A program made the translations under genes and the position numbers. Positions 1 to 12,907 of a stretch of DNA of 64,000 nt are shown in pieces. Source of the stretch: Octopus bimaculoides (Eukaryota); NCBI RefSeq assembly GCF_001194135.2, contig NC_069006.1:17773313-17837312 (forward strand). Reading direction: 5' to 3'. The notes under the pieces are model-generated. The model was given only the letters and a program-made list of their open reading frames with translations. It did not search any database and was not told where the DNA came from. The first letter of the stretch is position 1, and the number at the start of each line of letters is the position of its first letter.

Positions 1-36
1 ATAACTGAAACAAGAAAAAGAATGTGTGTGTATATA

Positions 37-215
37 TTCTTGTTTCAGTCATTTGACTGTGGCCATGCTGGAGCACTGCCTTAAAGGGTTTTTTAGTCAA
101 AGAAATCGCCCCCCCCCCAGACTTGTTGGTGTCTTTTGCTGAACTGTTAAGTTACAGGGACATAAACAAACCAATGTCAGTGTCAAGCAATGGTGGCTGG
201 ACAAACACAGACACA
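37..215 (-). mobile_element. tRNA-derived SINE family A (octopus OR-like), 3' part
   Basis: TGTTTCAGTCATTTGACTGTGGCCATGCTGGAGCAC, the reverse complement of the 3' end shared by more than 20 copies in this window. Confidence 0.85.
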
Positions 216-223
216 CAAATAAT

Positions 224-259
<36 letters not shown>

Positions 260-420
260 AGTTGTAAATTTATATAAGTAACTCATGGGCCTATAGTTTC
301 ATGCAAGACACTCATCAAATTGGTTTAAAGTGTGTGTATGGATGCACGCGAATGTGTTTGAATGCGAATGCATACATTTATATACATACTCACTAGTGTC
401 TTGCACATAATTCTAGGCCC

Positions 421-646
421 TTGACCCTTTAGCATCTAAACTAGCTATACCTGGCCCAAATATCCTACCTGTCTCATGCTCAAACCGGCCAGACCTGGCC
501 TCTCACACCTATCCTACAATGTCATTCTAAAAATAAGCAATCATATCATCGAAATCTTTAAGCTACAAGTTTATGTATGATTAATTCAAACTAATGTGAA
601 TGGATAGGTATTAGTTTTGACATTAATCTGAATGCTAAAGTGTCAA
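421..646. mobile_element. piggyBac-like MITE, family 1
   Basis: Ends TTGA-CCCTTTAGCAT and ATGCTAAAGTG-TCAA are inverted repeats with a decayed TTAA. The body matches 57571-57784 and partial copies near 22074 and 31100. Confidence 0.7.
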
Positions 647-999
647 GTCACTTACATAGCTTTACAGCTAATAAATATATATGTTCTACTTTATTTATTG
701 AGTTCTATTATTTCTGTTCGTGCTACCACACACAGAGACTTGTGTGTGTATGCATGTGGGAAGATGTATTGTAGCAATTCCAGATCTGAAGGGTTATAAT
801 TCAGCCACAAAAGTGTCCATTCAACTAACAACCTTGAGTGAGCTCAATAGCTAAATCCTATCCTTCTGCCTCTTATTAAGTGGAGGAGCACATGAGGATA
901 ATGTAGTCCTAGATACACTAAGTCACTGAACAAAAGATGATAGATCATACACTCAATAGGAGCTGTCTTGAGGCTAAATAACAACAACATGTATCTTAA

Positions 1000-1385
1000 A
1001 TAAACTAAGTAGACCTATGATTGAAGGCACTCCCACCATGACTATCCCAACTTTTAAAAGACAGTAAGAGTGTGATTTGAGGGAGAATGGCTGCTGTTCA
1101 GGATAAGTTAATCAAGTAGATAGTGACGCCCATCTTGTCCCATGCTGGTACTGTTACTCTGGTTTAGTCCCAGCCCTGCATGAGCAGACCTATGGTCAAA
1201 GGTACTCCACCCATGGCCATCTCATCTTTTATTTCTTGGACTTTATCATCCAATGTGTTCTTTGCTTTTTTTAAAAGATGGATCTGCTAGTCTGCTAGAA
1301 GTAGCAGCTCATTTCCATGAAGTCCTGAATTTGATGGAGATTAGCTGCTATTTCTAGCAGATCAAGTATTGGCATTAGGCACACA
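1000..1385. mobile_element. Interspersed repeat family D fragments (GAGATTTGGCTGCTATTTCTAGCAGG motif)
   Basis: The same motifs recur at about 2190-2475, 46260-46500, 47040-47340, 56430-56750 and 63780-63890. Class not determined. Confidence 0.6.
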
Positions 1386-2061
1386 CTGATATGTCTAACA
1401 ATTTTATTGCTATAACGCAATGCATACAAACATCACGTGCACACACACACACACACACACACACTCATCATAGTCATATAATGCACACATCAAAACACCA
1501 CACACATACACACAATCTCCTCCATGTCATACACGCACACACTCAACCATACTCGTTTGCATTAAATCATACATGAGCTCAAATACATGCAAATATGTGT
1601 GTGTGTGCTCAATAAGAAATGTGTGCATACACTGATACATTCATATACGCAAACACAGACACACATACATGGCTCATAAGCATACTCACATACAAAGCAA
1701 AATCATATCGCAGATACATATATGCACACACATGTACACATGAACAAAGATATATGTAATTGTATGTATATGTGTATGTCTATATATTTACTCACACACA
1801 CACACACACGCATATACACACTTTGTGTGTTGATCATAAAAACAAGAACAAGGCCAGGAATGTTTTAGAGAATGTTTTACTCGTTAACTACTTAATGTTG
1901 TTTTAATTATTTTTATTTCACTGCTTGTAAATGTATGTGCATGTGTGTATGGGTGTATGTTCCTTTGTTACTTTATCTTTTTCTATCTGTGAGAAGCTTT
2001 CCCCCATGCCCTCCCCCACCTCCTCCGACATTCTATAGCAACTAATTACTTTTGTTTTCAG

Positions 2062-2147
2062 ATGACATACAAACATATTTCACATTCTACCACCACCACC
2101 ACCACCACCACCACGCTCTCATGTCTCCCATTGTTTTATGCACTATT
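2062..2147 (+). CDS. Weak candidate exon, MTYKHISHS(T)9LSCLPLFYAL, phase 2 end
   Basis: Acceptor actaattacttttgttttcag and donor ATT|gtaaga. The peptide is partly microsatellite and shows no recognised homology. Confidence 0.2.
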
Positions 2148-3434
2148 GTAAGAAGCTTTCATAAGAAATGCTTATGTCTCTCTGATTTGTTGTTGTTGTT
2201 TAGCCCTCGGTCAGTCCTGATTCAGCTGGCATATGATCAGATACATTCCAGCTGTGACCAGCTTGTCTCTTTTGTTTTATGTTTCTTTTTTTTTTTTTTT
2301 TTTTTTTTTTTTTGTCTTTTTATTCTCAGGTGTCATACATCTCATACTAACTTATATCTCGATGTAGTTTAGTTTATATTGATGTAGTTTTATTCCGAAG
2401 TTGTTATGGTGTGATTTATGGAAGTTTGACTGCTATTTCTAGCAGGTCAAGCATCCATGTAGAGATTCTCTTGTGATGAGGTCATTGCTGAGATAGTGGT
2501 GGCAATGGCAGTGGTTATTATTGCTTAGGCCCCAGGTCTAACCAGTTTTCATTTTATGATTTCGTCAGAGACGAAGCCAGTGCTTGTAGACCTTTTCCAG
2601 GGCCTCTAAAACAGATGCAGCCCGATTGGCTTTCACACGGTTCTGTCCACACACTTTCACTCATGGAACTTGGATTTTAACCCAAGGCTGTAGTAAAAGG
2701 TAGTCTGCTGCGCTGTGAACTTGAACACATAACCACACAATTGTAAAAGCAAACTTCTAAACTGCACATCCATGCTAGCATCCATGGAAATTGGGAATTC
2801 CTTTCGCGTCAGATGAAGGGTTGGTCTCAAGTAAGGCCTGGCTGAATTGCCAGTAATTTTCTAAGCTTTGTATTTTAATAAAATTAGTCAAAGTAAGATG
2901 AGGCTATTCAACCATAATTACAAACATTGATAACAGCAATTAGTTATTTATTCTTTATTATTTGCTTTAGTTTCTAGTTTGTTTTGCTGTAATATCTGGT
3001 TGCTTTGTCAAATACATTTCGGAGTGACGGTGCTGTTGCAATAATTGTGCTGTGCAAACACTGTGAAAGCTTCGAATAATATAAATAATAGCATTTAACT
3101 TTTTCCATGTTAACGACCTGTCTCTTGTCAACCTTCAGTGTCCTTGCAGCTAATTACAAATTGAGCCACTTACCCATTTGTGGCCTTTTACTATCATAAA
3201 TATAAAATGGCCTTTGTGGTGCATGTGTGTGGCAGGGAGAGGGGGGATTAGGATATTGGGTGTGTCTAAAAGTGAAAGGCAAATAAATTTTGATTTCACA
3301 TTAAGATAATTCATCTTTAGGGAATAATTTAGACCTCTTGGGGTTTTGTAGATGAAAATAAGAATGATGAACATTATCATAGATAATGTTCATCTTTTTA
3401 TCGTCCTTGTGGCAAATAAGTAAATTTTTATTAT

Positions 3435-3830
3435 TATCAGGCAAACTGGCAGAATCATTAGCATGCCAGGCAAAATGCTTAGCAGAATTTCGTCTGTCTT
3501 CACGTTCTGAATTCATATTCCGCCGAGTTCGACTTTACCTTTCATCCTTTCAGAGTCGATAAAATAAGTACCAGTTGAATACTGGGGTCGATGTAATCAT
3601 CTTATCCCATCCCCTCAAATAATTGGCCTTGAGCCAAAATTTAAAACCAAATGTATGGTAGCACTATGGACCAAAATGCTTTGTAGCATTACTTCTGACT
3701 TCTTCAGATTCTTGTTCAAATCCTGCCAAGATCAGTTTTGCCTATCATCCTTTCAGGGCCAATAAAATTAAAGTACCAGTTGAGTACTGGCATTGATGTA
3801 AGTGACATATACAGATCTATTCATGTTTAC
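3435..3830 (+). mobile_element. tRNA-derived SINE family B (octopus OK/OR-like), two tandem copies
   Basis: GGCAAACTGGCAGAATCATTAGC head, B-box-like GAGTTCAAAT, central GTCGACTTTGCCTTTCATCCTTT motif, (ATT)n tails. Confidence 0.85.
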
Positions 3831-3909
3831 AAAGATATCTGTGTAGGTGTGTACTCTAATATGTATGTGTATGCATATGTTATATATATATCTATATATA
3901 TATATATCT

Positions 3910-4277
3910 TTTATTTTGTTTCGGTCATTAGACTGCAGCCATGTTGGAGAACCACCTTGAAGAATTTTTAGTCAAATTGACTCTAGTACTATTTTTTTTT
4001 TAAAACCAGGTACTTATTCTATCGGTTTCTTTTGCTGAAACGCTAAGTTACAAGGACATAAACATCCCAACACCAGTTGTGAAGTTGTGGTGATAGGAGA
4101 CAAATACAGGCACACATACATGATGGGCTTATTTCAGTTTCTGTCTACCAAATCTATTCACGAGGCTTTGGTCAGCCCCAGGTTATAATAGAAGACCCTT
4201 ACCTTAGGTGCCACACTGTAGGACTGAACCCAGAACCATGTGGTTGGAAAGCAAACTTCTTACTACACAGCCATGCC
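3910..4277 (-). mobile_element. SINE family A, near full length, decayed
   Basis: Collinear with the intact copy at 13746-14167. Confidence 0.9.
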
Positions 4278-7139
4278 ATTACAATACACACACACACACA
4301 CACTACTAGATGTATCAAGTGCTCTTTCTCACGTTTCTACATCCAAATGCTTAAGTGTCTAGGATGTATATTATGTATATTATTTTTGCCTGTACACTTT
4401 CCCAGACAGACAAAGTGTTGCAGTAATATCTAATAAGTTACTCATCTATGCTGAAGAAATGTTTGGTCCTCTTAAAGTTAATTAATTAATTAATTGTGTC
4501 TGTGTTAATGTGTTGTTGTTGTCTGTTATCGGAAATAGTTCCGCTTCACAGAAGCCAGCTTGCTGCTTGCCACAACCACTCATCTGTCTGTTTCTATATT
4601 TTCATCATTGAGAAAGATTATTTCTACCATTTCTCACTCCCACCACTGCTGTCGCCATGCACTCTTCAGTATTATCAACTCCCCCTCCCCATCAGCTTTT
4701 CCTTCGCTTCCTACCTTATACCAACCTTGTCTTCTTCACCTTACCTGTCAGGTGTATATGACACTGTTATTGATTGAGTTTGCACCAAACTTTGGTATTT
4801 CACTGGTGTGAGTTCAAATTAGTCTATTGTCAACTTTGCTCCTAATTCTCCTGAGCTCTCTGAGTTAAAAAGCTGATAAATAGCAGTAATACATTGGGGA
4901 ATTGGGCAAAAGATGTCATTACTACAGACTATAAAACTTCTTTGTTCTACCCACAACTATTCCATCTTGTTTGCAGATGTTTTGTATCTTAGACTACATT
5001 ATCCAGTATGAGTCATAATCTCCCCATCTATATTTTGCTCATTGTCCTTCTTTTTTTTTAAAACATAGAATACAGTTTTAGAGAGACTTGGTTGTTGTTT
5101 CTAGTAGGTGTGACATCTCTGTCTATTTTCGTTTACTGCATCTTACCATTTTTTTTTTAACATAGAGTATGATTTGAAGGACGTTTAGCTGTTTTTTTTC
5201 AAGTGTTTCCCTTATATGTTTTGGAGTAGAGCCCATGAGTATATCAGTACAAAGGGTTATTTGTGATCCCCACCAACATTGCTAGCCTTGCCCCTAGTGT
5301 TAACATGGTTCACTTGATGTTAGCTAAAAATGATTAATTGGCACCGTTTACCCTCTTCCACCACCAGTTGGCATCAACTCAATGCCTGGCTGGATGGGTG
5401 TATATGTATGGTATCATGGACTGGATTTGGCGATGTGTAAGTCTGTAGAGTGTATATACACATGTGTAAGCTGGTACTCAGTAAAACTACATATATAACA
5501 TACAATGCACATATTTACAGTACATATCCAGATTGATGCATATGCATGTCATACTAAACTACCCATCCAATCACACACATATACACACATTCTCTCTCTC
5601 TCTCATACACATATATACTTTCACCAATGTTCAATAAACTATAAAATTCAGAGAAATGATATACAAATCTAAATGTGTGTAAGGGAGAGAGTGAGAGGGG
5701 GGGGGCTGAGAGGTCATGAGCATATGAAACAACATACACAATGTCCCTATGTAAGTGTGTGTGTGTGTGTGTGTGTATACACTCACATATGCTCATTAAA
5801 CCCATGTCTCTCTCTCTCTCTCTCTCTCTCTACATATCCCTATCCCACAAGGTGAACAGTCATGACTGATGGTGGTGGTGGGGGGGNNNNNNNNNNNNNN
5901 NNNNNNNNNNNNNNNNNNNNNNNNNNNNNNNNNNNNNNNNNNNNNNNNNNNNNNNNNNNNNNNNNNNNNNNNNNNNNNNNNNNNNNNNNNNNNNNNNNNN
6001 NNNNNNNNNNNNNNNNNNNNNNNNNNNNNNNNNNNNNNNNNNNNNNNNNNNNNNNNNNNNNNNNNNNNNNNNNNNNNNNNNNNNNNNNNNNNNNNNNNNN
6101 NNNNNNNNNNNNNNNNNNNNNNNNNNNNNNNNNNNNNNNNNNNNNNNNNNNNNNNNNNNNNNNNNNNNNNNNNNNNNNNNNNNNNNNNNNNNNNNNNNNN
6201 NNNNNNNNNNNNNNNNNNNNNNNNNNNNNNNNNNNNNNNNNNNNNNNNNNNNNNNNNNNNNNNNNNNNNNNNNNNNNNNNNNNNNNNNNNNNGGGGGGGA
6301 GAGGTGTGTGACGGAGGAAGCAGGGCTGGGTGGGTTCTATCTGTCTACTCAGCTTCAAACACCAAGGAACATTCTGTGGAATTTGACTCCTTGTCCTCCT
6401 CCTCCTCCTCCTCCTTCTGTATCACCATTTCAATCTATCTTCCTTCCAGAAGCTGTCAAGCTTGGTAAATGAGAAAGCTGGAAGCTGTTCTCTACACCCA
6501 GCCTTAGTTTATAAAGTATTTCTCATGTCCCAACGACAACAAAAATTTTTTTTTTTAAACCCCTCAACTGAACAGCAAAACATAGACATCTAATGCCCAT
6601 GTTTTACTATCATGTAACATCAGTCTTTAAACCGTACAAGCTCCACACTCCTCCACTCTGAGAGAGAATTCCTGTGTTATGAGCAGGGGCAATAGTCCCC
6701 TGGTTTTTTCCTTCTCTGTTCTGTATGCTTCTGGAACACCCTTCTTCCCATCAAATTAAATTACTGTGGTCAGTGTTTCTTTTTTTTTTTTTTTTTTTTT
6801 TNNNNNNNNNNNNNNNNNNNNNNNNNNNNNNNNNNNNNNNNNNNNNNNNNNNNNNNNNNNNNNNNNNNNNNNNNNNNNNNNNNNNNNNNNNNNNNNNNNN
6901 NNNNNNNNNNNNNNNNNNNNNNNNNNNNNNNNNNNNNNNNNNNNNNNNNNNNNNNNNNNNNNNNNNNNNNNNNNNNNNNNNNNNNNNNNNNNNNNNNNNN
7001 NNNNNNNNNNNNNNNNNNNNNNNNNNNNNNNNNNNNNNNNNNNNNNNNNNNNNNNNNNNNNNNNNNNAAAAAAAAAAAAAAAAAAGCTAATAGCTGTTTC
7101 TTGCAAAAAATACATCTAAAACATTTTTTTTTTTCATGG

Positions 7140-7231
7140 ATCCTTAAAATACTGCTGAGGATCCCCAATTTACTATTTTACTTGCGTGGACCCCCCAAAA
7201 ATCTTATATCGACCCCAGTTGAGAACCACTG
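7140..7231. mobile_element. One end of a hAT-like MITE
   Basis: Ends in CAGTTGAGAACCACTG, the reverse complement of the CAGTGGTTCTCAAC terminal repeat at 61687. Confidence 0.65.
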
Positions 7232-7701
7232 ACTTAGGTGACCCCTTGTACAAGGCCCTCTAAGTATCTGAAAGAATACACTTTGTAGATGGCTGTTCTT
7301 ACCTCTGAAATAGTCTTGTGCATCTGCTACATGCAGTCCTTCTCTATTCACTCTGCCTAAGATTTCACCCATTGCTTAAACTGGGTGTTTCTGCTGACAG
7401 TGTTTCCATTTCATGTTCATCTGTTGAAGTGACAAGGACCTTCTGGTCACCCTTAAGGATGACTGATGACTTGTGCACTGATGAGTTGTATACCACCAAC
7501 CTTACTCGCCTGTTTGTGACCATCTTCAGTCTGGTGGCAAGATCAGGTCAAGACAACGGGGGATGCAGTGGATGTCGCATTTGCCTCACCTGGCTCTCTG
7601 CAATGTGTTGCTGCAGCTGCCTTCCTCTTTTTTAATCCATGAAGTTTCTTAAGTGGAGTCTACCTGATCCATTCGACACATGCGTAAGCAGGCAAGCCTT
7701 A

Positions 7702-7899
7702 ATGTGCTAATTAACTCATAGCTGGGACCCCGACAGGAGTTACTGCTCCAGGTCAGAGTAGACCTGGGAACAATAGTAGTTAAGAGGTGGTTCCACATTT
7801 ATGTGCTAATTAACTCATAGCTGGGACCCCGACAGGAGTTACTGCTCCAGGTCAGAGTAGACCTGGGAACAATAGTAGTTAAGAGGTGGTTCCACATTT
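7702..7899. repeat. Exact 99-bp tandem duplication inside a LINE-like repeat fragment
   Basis: 7702-7800 is identical to 7801-7899 by direct reading. GGTCAGAGTAGACCTGGGAACAAT resembles a recalled octopus retroelement end. Confidence 0.9.
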
Positions 7900-8068
7900 C
7901 TCAAAACTCTGGAGCTCTCAAACCAGGGCCCTATTACTGGATGCAGTTTAAAGTCATACCCAGCACAAATTCCTACCTACTTAGGTGACACTAGAGTCCC
8001 CTTTTCCTCTTCCTTGCAATCTAAAACTTTTTGTCTGGGCTAGGTTTACTTTTACATCTCGTTTCTAG

Positions 8069-8131
8069 ACATTGCTTCTGTGTGTGGAATTGCGGAATTT
8101 CTTCTCTAATTCTTCAACAGATTCTATTAAA
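8069..8131 (+). other. Weak candidate 63-nt exon
   Basis: Good acceptor ttttacatctcgtttctag but weak donor AAA|gtaaat. Open in phase 0 (TLLLCVELRNFFSNSSTDSIK) and in phase 2. Confidence 0.15.
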
Positions 8132-8739
8132 GTAAATGGCATACAGGATGAGTTCCCATGGACAGCCTGTCTTAGATTTCTTTGTTATGACCCCTATATA
8201 GAGAGAAAGAGAGAGAGGATTTGTAGACATGTTAGTGCATGCCAGAGGAAGGTAGTGGGAAAGGAGAACATAATGATAGTAAAGTATGTATGTATATATA
8301 ACGTGCCTGTGTGTATAATACATAAACTTCTGTACACGGTATCTGTCCCACATAGAGACATACATCTGTTGTTATCAACCCTTATATGTGGTGTTGTTAC
8401 ACGATAATAATGTCTGGGGTCCAACCTACTGTAATGATAATTATCATGATGGGTTGTGGTAGTAGTAGCATTAATAGAAGCAGTAGTATGATGTTGATGA
8501 TAATAATAATAATAATAATGATAATCTTTATTAATTACTTAATATTGCAAGTATTTCTGACTCCATGGGATCTAGAGGATTAGCTGGATTAGGATGGCTT
8601 AAAGCACCATGTCATTGGCTTAATTTCATCTACACACATACACATCATCAACACACAGATATAGGCTTATTTACAAACATATACATACGTTCATATTTAA
8701 TACCTTGCACGCATACACAGGGAAGAAAAACACACGCAT

Positions 8740-8770
<31 letters not shown>

Positions 8771-9334
8771 AGCTAGTAAAGCCATAGGTACACAAAAAGC
8801 CTGTCTGTAACAAAAACAGATATAGAAACACACACACACACAAGCACTCTTTGTAATAAGAAGTCTTACAAACACATACTCATATATACACACTAATAGG
8901 CACATACATACACATGTACTCTCTTTCTCTAATAAACATATATATATTCTGTTACAGGCATACAAAAACAGTTTAACACGTACACACACACTCACATATT
9001 TCTCTAATAAACACATATAGATACGCATTCTCCTCCTCTAGCAGACACACTAAAACAGACTCTAATAGAAACACACACATACACACAGAGTTTCCAAGAA
9101 TTCTGAATCTCTCCCCCTCCCCACCAAATCAGCAGATTATTATCTTGAAACAGTCACCAGTTTTGCACAAATGTTCATACACATGTACAGAAGCGCACAT
9201 CTGCACAAGTACACAGTGCACCAGAGTAAGAAGAAAAAAGTCAAAGTGAACTCCAGTGGGATTTGAACCTAAAACAGAGAGAATGACTGAATTCCATACA
9301 TCATTATCTTTTTATCTTTTACTGTTATATTTTA

Positions 9335-10035
9335 CCTTTTACTTATTTCAGTCATTAGACTGCAGCCATGCTGGAGCACCGCAACTTGTTATCTTTATAT
9401 CTTTTACTTGTTTCAGTCATTGGACTGTGGTTATGCAGGAGAGGGGTGGGAAACAGCACCTTAAGGGACCTGAAGGGACTTGTCGAACAAATCGACTCCA
9501 GTAGTTAGTTCTAAGTGTGGTACTTATTCTGTCAGTCTCTATTGTTGCACTGCTAAGTTACAGGAACATACACCATCACTGGATTTCAAGCAGTGGTGGG
9601 GGACAAACATAACACACAGACACACAGCTATACAGTACACATACGTGTGTGTGTGTGCATGCCCAAAAAAGAACAACAAACACAAAAAAACAACAATACG
9701 AGGACATGGTACATGTAAAGTATTAGCAGACGTTCAGGGAAGAAAAGAAGGATGGTTTAATGTTTCAAGCAATGCTCTTCTTCAGAAACAGAGGAAAGTC
9801 CAATGGAAAGGAAAACAGAGGAAGAAAATTGCCGATTCACATGTGGTTACATTTTGAAAATATATATATACACATGCACATGATGGGATTCTTTCAGTTT
9901 CCATCTTCAACATCCACTGACAAGGGTTTGGTCAGCTTGGGGCTCTGGTCGAAAACACTTGCCCTGGGTGCCATACAATGGGGCTGAACCCAAGAGTACC
10001 TGGTTGGGAAGCAAGGCTCTTACCACACAACCATG
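9335..10035 (-). mobile_element. SINE family A, fragmented with a duplicated 3' end
   Basis: TTTCAGTCATT(A/G)GACTG occurs twice; tRNA-like head at 9880-10035. Confidence 0.8.
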
Positions 10036-10893
10036 TCCATGTCTATTCTTTATATTGTTAAATCTGCACTGGTTAAGGCCATGCTAGAGCATCCCCTTTA
10101 ACCCAGTAGTCTACCAATGTATCTTTACACAACACTTCTAGTGTGTGTGTGTGTGTGTGTGTGCTTACACACACACACACACATTGTTGATATTCTGATA
10201 TCAATTTGCAGTTTGATTGTTTGCCTAATTTTAGAAAAAAATCTTGTTTACCGAGTGTTAGACAAAATGTGGTTTACCCAATTTAAAAGGAAATTACCCT
10301 TATGTTTAGCTAAACTGTTGTTCGAGAAAACCTAAGGTTTGCCAAGTATTTAGTAAACTGTGTCGTTTGCCTAGTGTTTGTCCAGATTTAGACCCTTGTC
10401 TATATTAGGGTTTTATCACTCCTGAAAGAGAAACCCTTTCACTGCACTCCTTCTACCACTGGCTGTCTCTGGCCAATCAAAACCATGTAGGCCCCAAGTA
10501 GCAGGTGAGATCATCTTGGCATCTTGTCTTTGGTTGGCCCCATTCCATCACTTTCATTGTCCATCAGCTGTTCTTCAGCTGCATGATGTGGCAGCCCATC
10601 TATATTTCTGACTCTATCAGATTTAGATAGACTTTTATATTTTGCCTATTGTTGGCTAAACAATTGTTTGCCTTGTCTGAAGAATGCTGGGAAACATTGT
10701 GTTGGATATGCAGTTGTTAACCCTGCTTTAGGAAAACCTATTTTTGCCCAGATTTATATATAGACTCATATTTTGCCTATTGTTGCCTACGGAGTTGTTT
10801 GCCCAATTTGGGGAAAACTTGTTTGCTTGGTTTCAGGTAAAAGTACGTGATAAATTCCTTTTGTCAAGAACGAGTGTTTAAACGTTATACAAA

Positions 10894-10933
<40 letters not shown>

Positions 10934-11416
10934 TGTGTGTGTATGCGCGCGTGTTCTTATCTCTAAGACTCTTACATCCCCTCCCCCACCAACTTCGTTC
11001 ACGTGGGTCTTGGTAATGTTCTAGAACAATCCCGTGTTATCAAGATAAAATTACTTCCATAACACGGGTAGCGGTGCTGAACGGCTGATTGTGTGTCTGT
11101 GAAACACCATGTACAAGAAAGCTTCATCTACCGCTGCTTGGGTGGTACTCGTCGTCGTCGTACACCCACGACTCATTGTAAATCACTTGGCGAAGACAGC
11201 GACCACGATGTTGATGATGCTGATGACGATGGCGATCTCATACGTAGCATTAAAAAAAAGGGGTTTCCTGGTTATAACTGAGGGCATAAAATGATGTTAC
11301 GTTCATGTTCCTCTTTTCTCTTTGCAATACAATTAGTTAGTGTAAAGTGATGTGAAAGGGTTTCGATTGGGAATCGAAACTAACTCCTGGGACTCGGTCC
11401 GATGGTAGTCTGCTAG

Positions 11417-11448
<32 letters not shown>

Positions 11449-11868
11449 TCTCTTTTCCTCTTTCTCTCCCTCCTCCTTGTCTCTCTGTGGTGGTGGGGAT
11501 TTATTTTGCCTGTTGATAGACCAATTTCCTCGTAGTGTTTGTATGTATATGATTGTATGTCTGCATGGTTATGTATGTTTATATCGCTGTGTACATTCGC
11601 ATGTGTTTATGCCTGCATCTGATTAATCGACACCTCCCCCTGCTACCTCAGTATATTTACTAGTCCGTGTTAATAATGTCCATTGTGAAAGCCGGGTCTG
11701 CCGCCACGTTTGAACCTTAAACCAGTGTACAGAAGTATTCTATCCTGCATCTGTCACAACAGTCGTCTCCTGTTGTCCATTTATGTATCTAAATCGGTGG
11801 TTTACAGTTCAAGTCCCACCGGTGTCGATTAAGTACCAGTCATACGTTCGGAGCTGTTCTGTAGACTA

Positions 11869-12029
11869 CTAGGTTCCCAACCTGTGGTCCGCAAAGGTAA
11901 TACTGTGGGTCCAGTGAACTAAATTCAAAATCTCGTGCGTGTGTAAGGATAAGCATATTAAAAGGGATCCGTGGGGAAACTCATTTAAATAATTGGGGTC
12001 CTTGGTAATGAAAAGGTTGGGAACAACTG
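11869..12029. mobile_element. Short hAT-like MITE with target-site duplication
   Basis: Terminal repeats GGTTCCCAACC and GGTTGGGAAC. Direct repeat CTGTAGACTA flanks it at 11859-11868 and 12030-12039. Confidence 0.75.
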
Positions 12030-12324
12030 CTGTAGACTATCCATCCTGCCTCACACACACCCCCTTCACACCGGTAATTGTCTAGCATTATGAGCGAGAA
12101 CGGCTGGTTGGCAGAATCGCTACGGTATTTGGTCCGGCTCTTTACGTTGTGAATTCAAATCCCACGTTGGTCAGTTTTTTTTTCCTTTCACCCTCCCAGG
12201 AGTCATCGTCTAACAATAAACTCCTACCCAGTCTCAGGCCTTAGGTTTTGCTTAGTAAAAGATATTTACGAACGTACATTCAACTCTAGTTTGAAAACCT
12301 ATTATTAACAATGAGAGCTGTGTG

Positions 12325-12368
<44 letters not shown>

Positions 12369-12907
12369 CTCTCCGCTTTTATATTTATTTCCATACTTCC
12401 ACCCCACCTGTCTTTCTATCTTGTCATAACACAACAGACAAGACCACTTCCATATCTCAACTGACTTATCTGCCTCTTAGCGATCTATCTATCTATCTAT
12501 TTTTCTATATGTGTCTACCTAGCTACTCAAGTCTGTCATTTTATCTATAGGTATCTACTTAGCTACCCCATGTCTGTCTATCTACATCTGTAAACCTACC
12601 TATATCTGTCTATCTACATTTACCTATTTACCCGTGCCTGCCTGTCTATCTAGATGTATCTATATGCCTAGCTACCCGTGCCTCTCTGTCTGTCTATCTA
12701 CCTTATGTCTGCTTATCTCTCGATCTACCTAGCTGCCTATATCTATCTGTCTATGTCTGCCTCGGTCTCCATAGTTCAACATAACAACCTCTCCCCCTTC
12801 TCTTCCTCTTCCTCTACATTACCACCACCTCATTATCTCTTCTTCCACTTCAACTCTTTCCTTCTTTCTTTCTACCCATTCAACGTGCCCCCCTCTCTTT
12901 CTCTCAG

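Noticed and set aside
3159-3200. Minus-strand donor TGG|gtaagt with a possible 17-nt exon
   Set aside because: Isolated signal with a weak acceptor, expected by chance in AT-rich DNA.
6778-7085. Poly-T and poly-A flanking one gap, suggesting paired retrocopy tails
   Set aside because: Homopolymers are typical contig break points, and the content between them is unknown.
7303-7420. Minus-strand exon-like unit with MGEILGRVNREGLHVADAQDYFR and donor AG|gtaag
   Set aside because: It is contiguous with retroelement-like sequence, neighbouring frames are broken by stops, and no partner exon or homology was found. Not fully excluded without RNA data.
10825-10842. ggtttcag|gtaaaa as another ratchet point
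   Set aside because: Poor pyrimidine tract and a weak donor compared with 40588.
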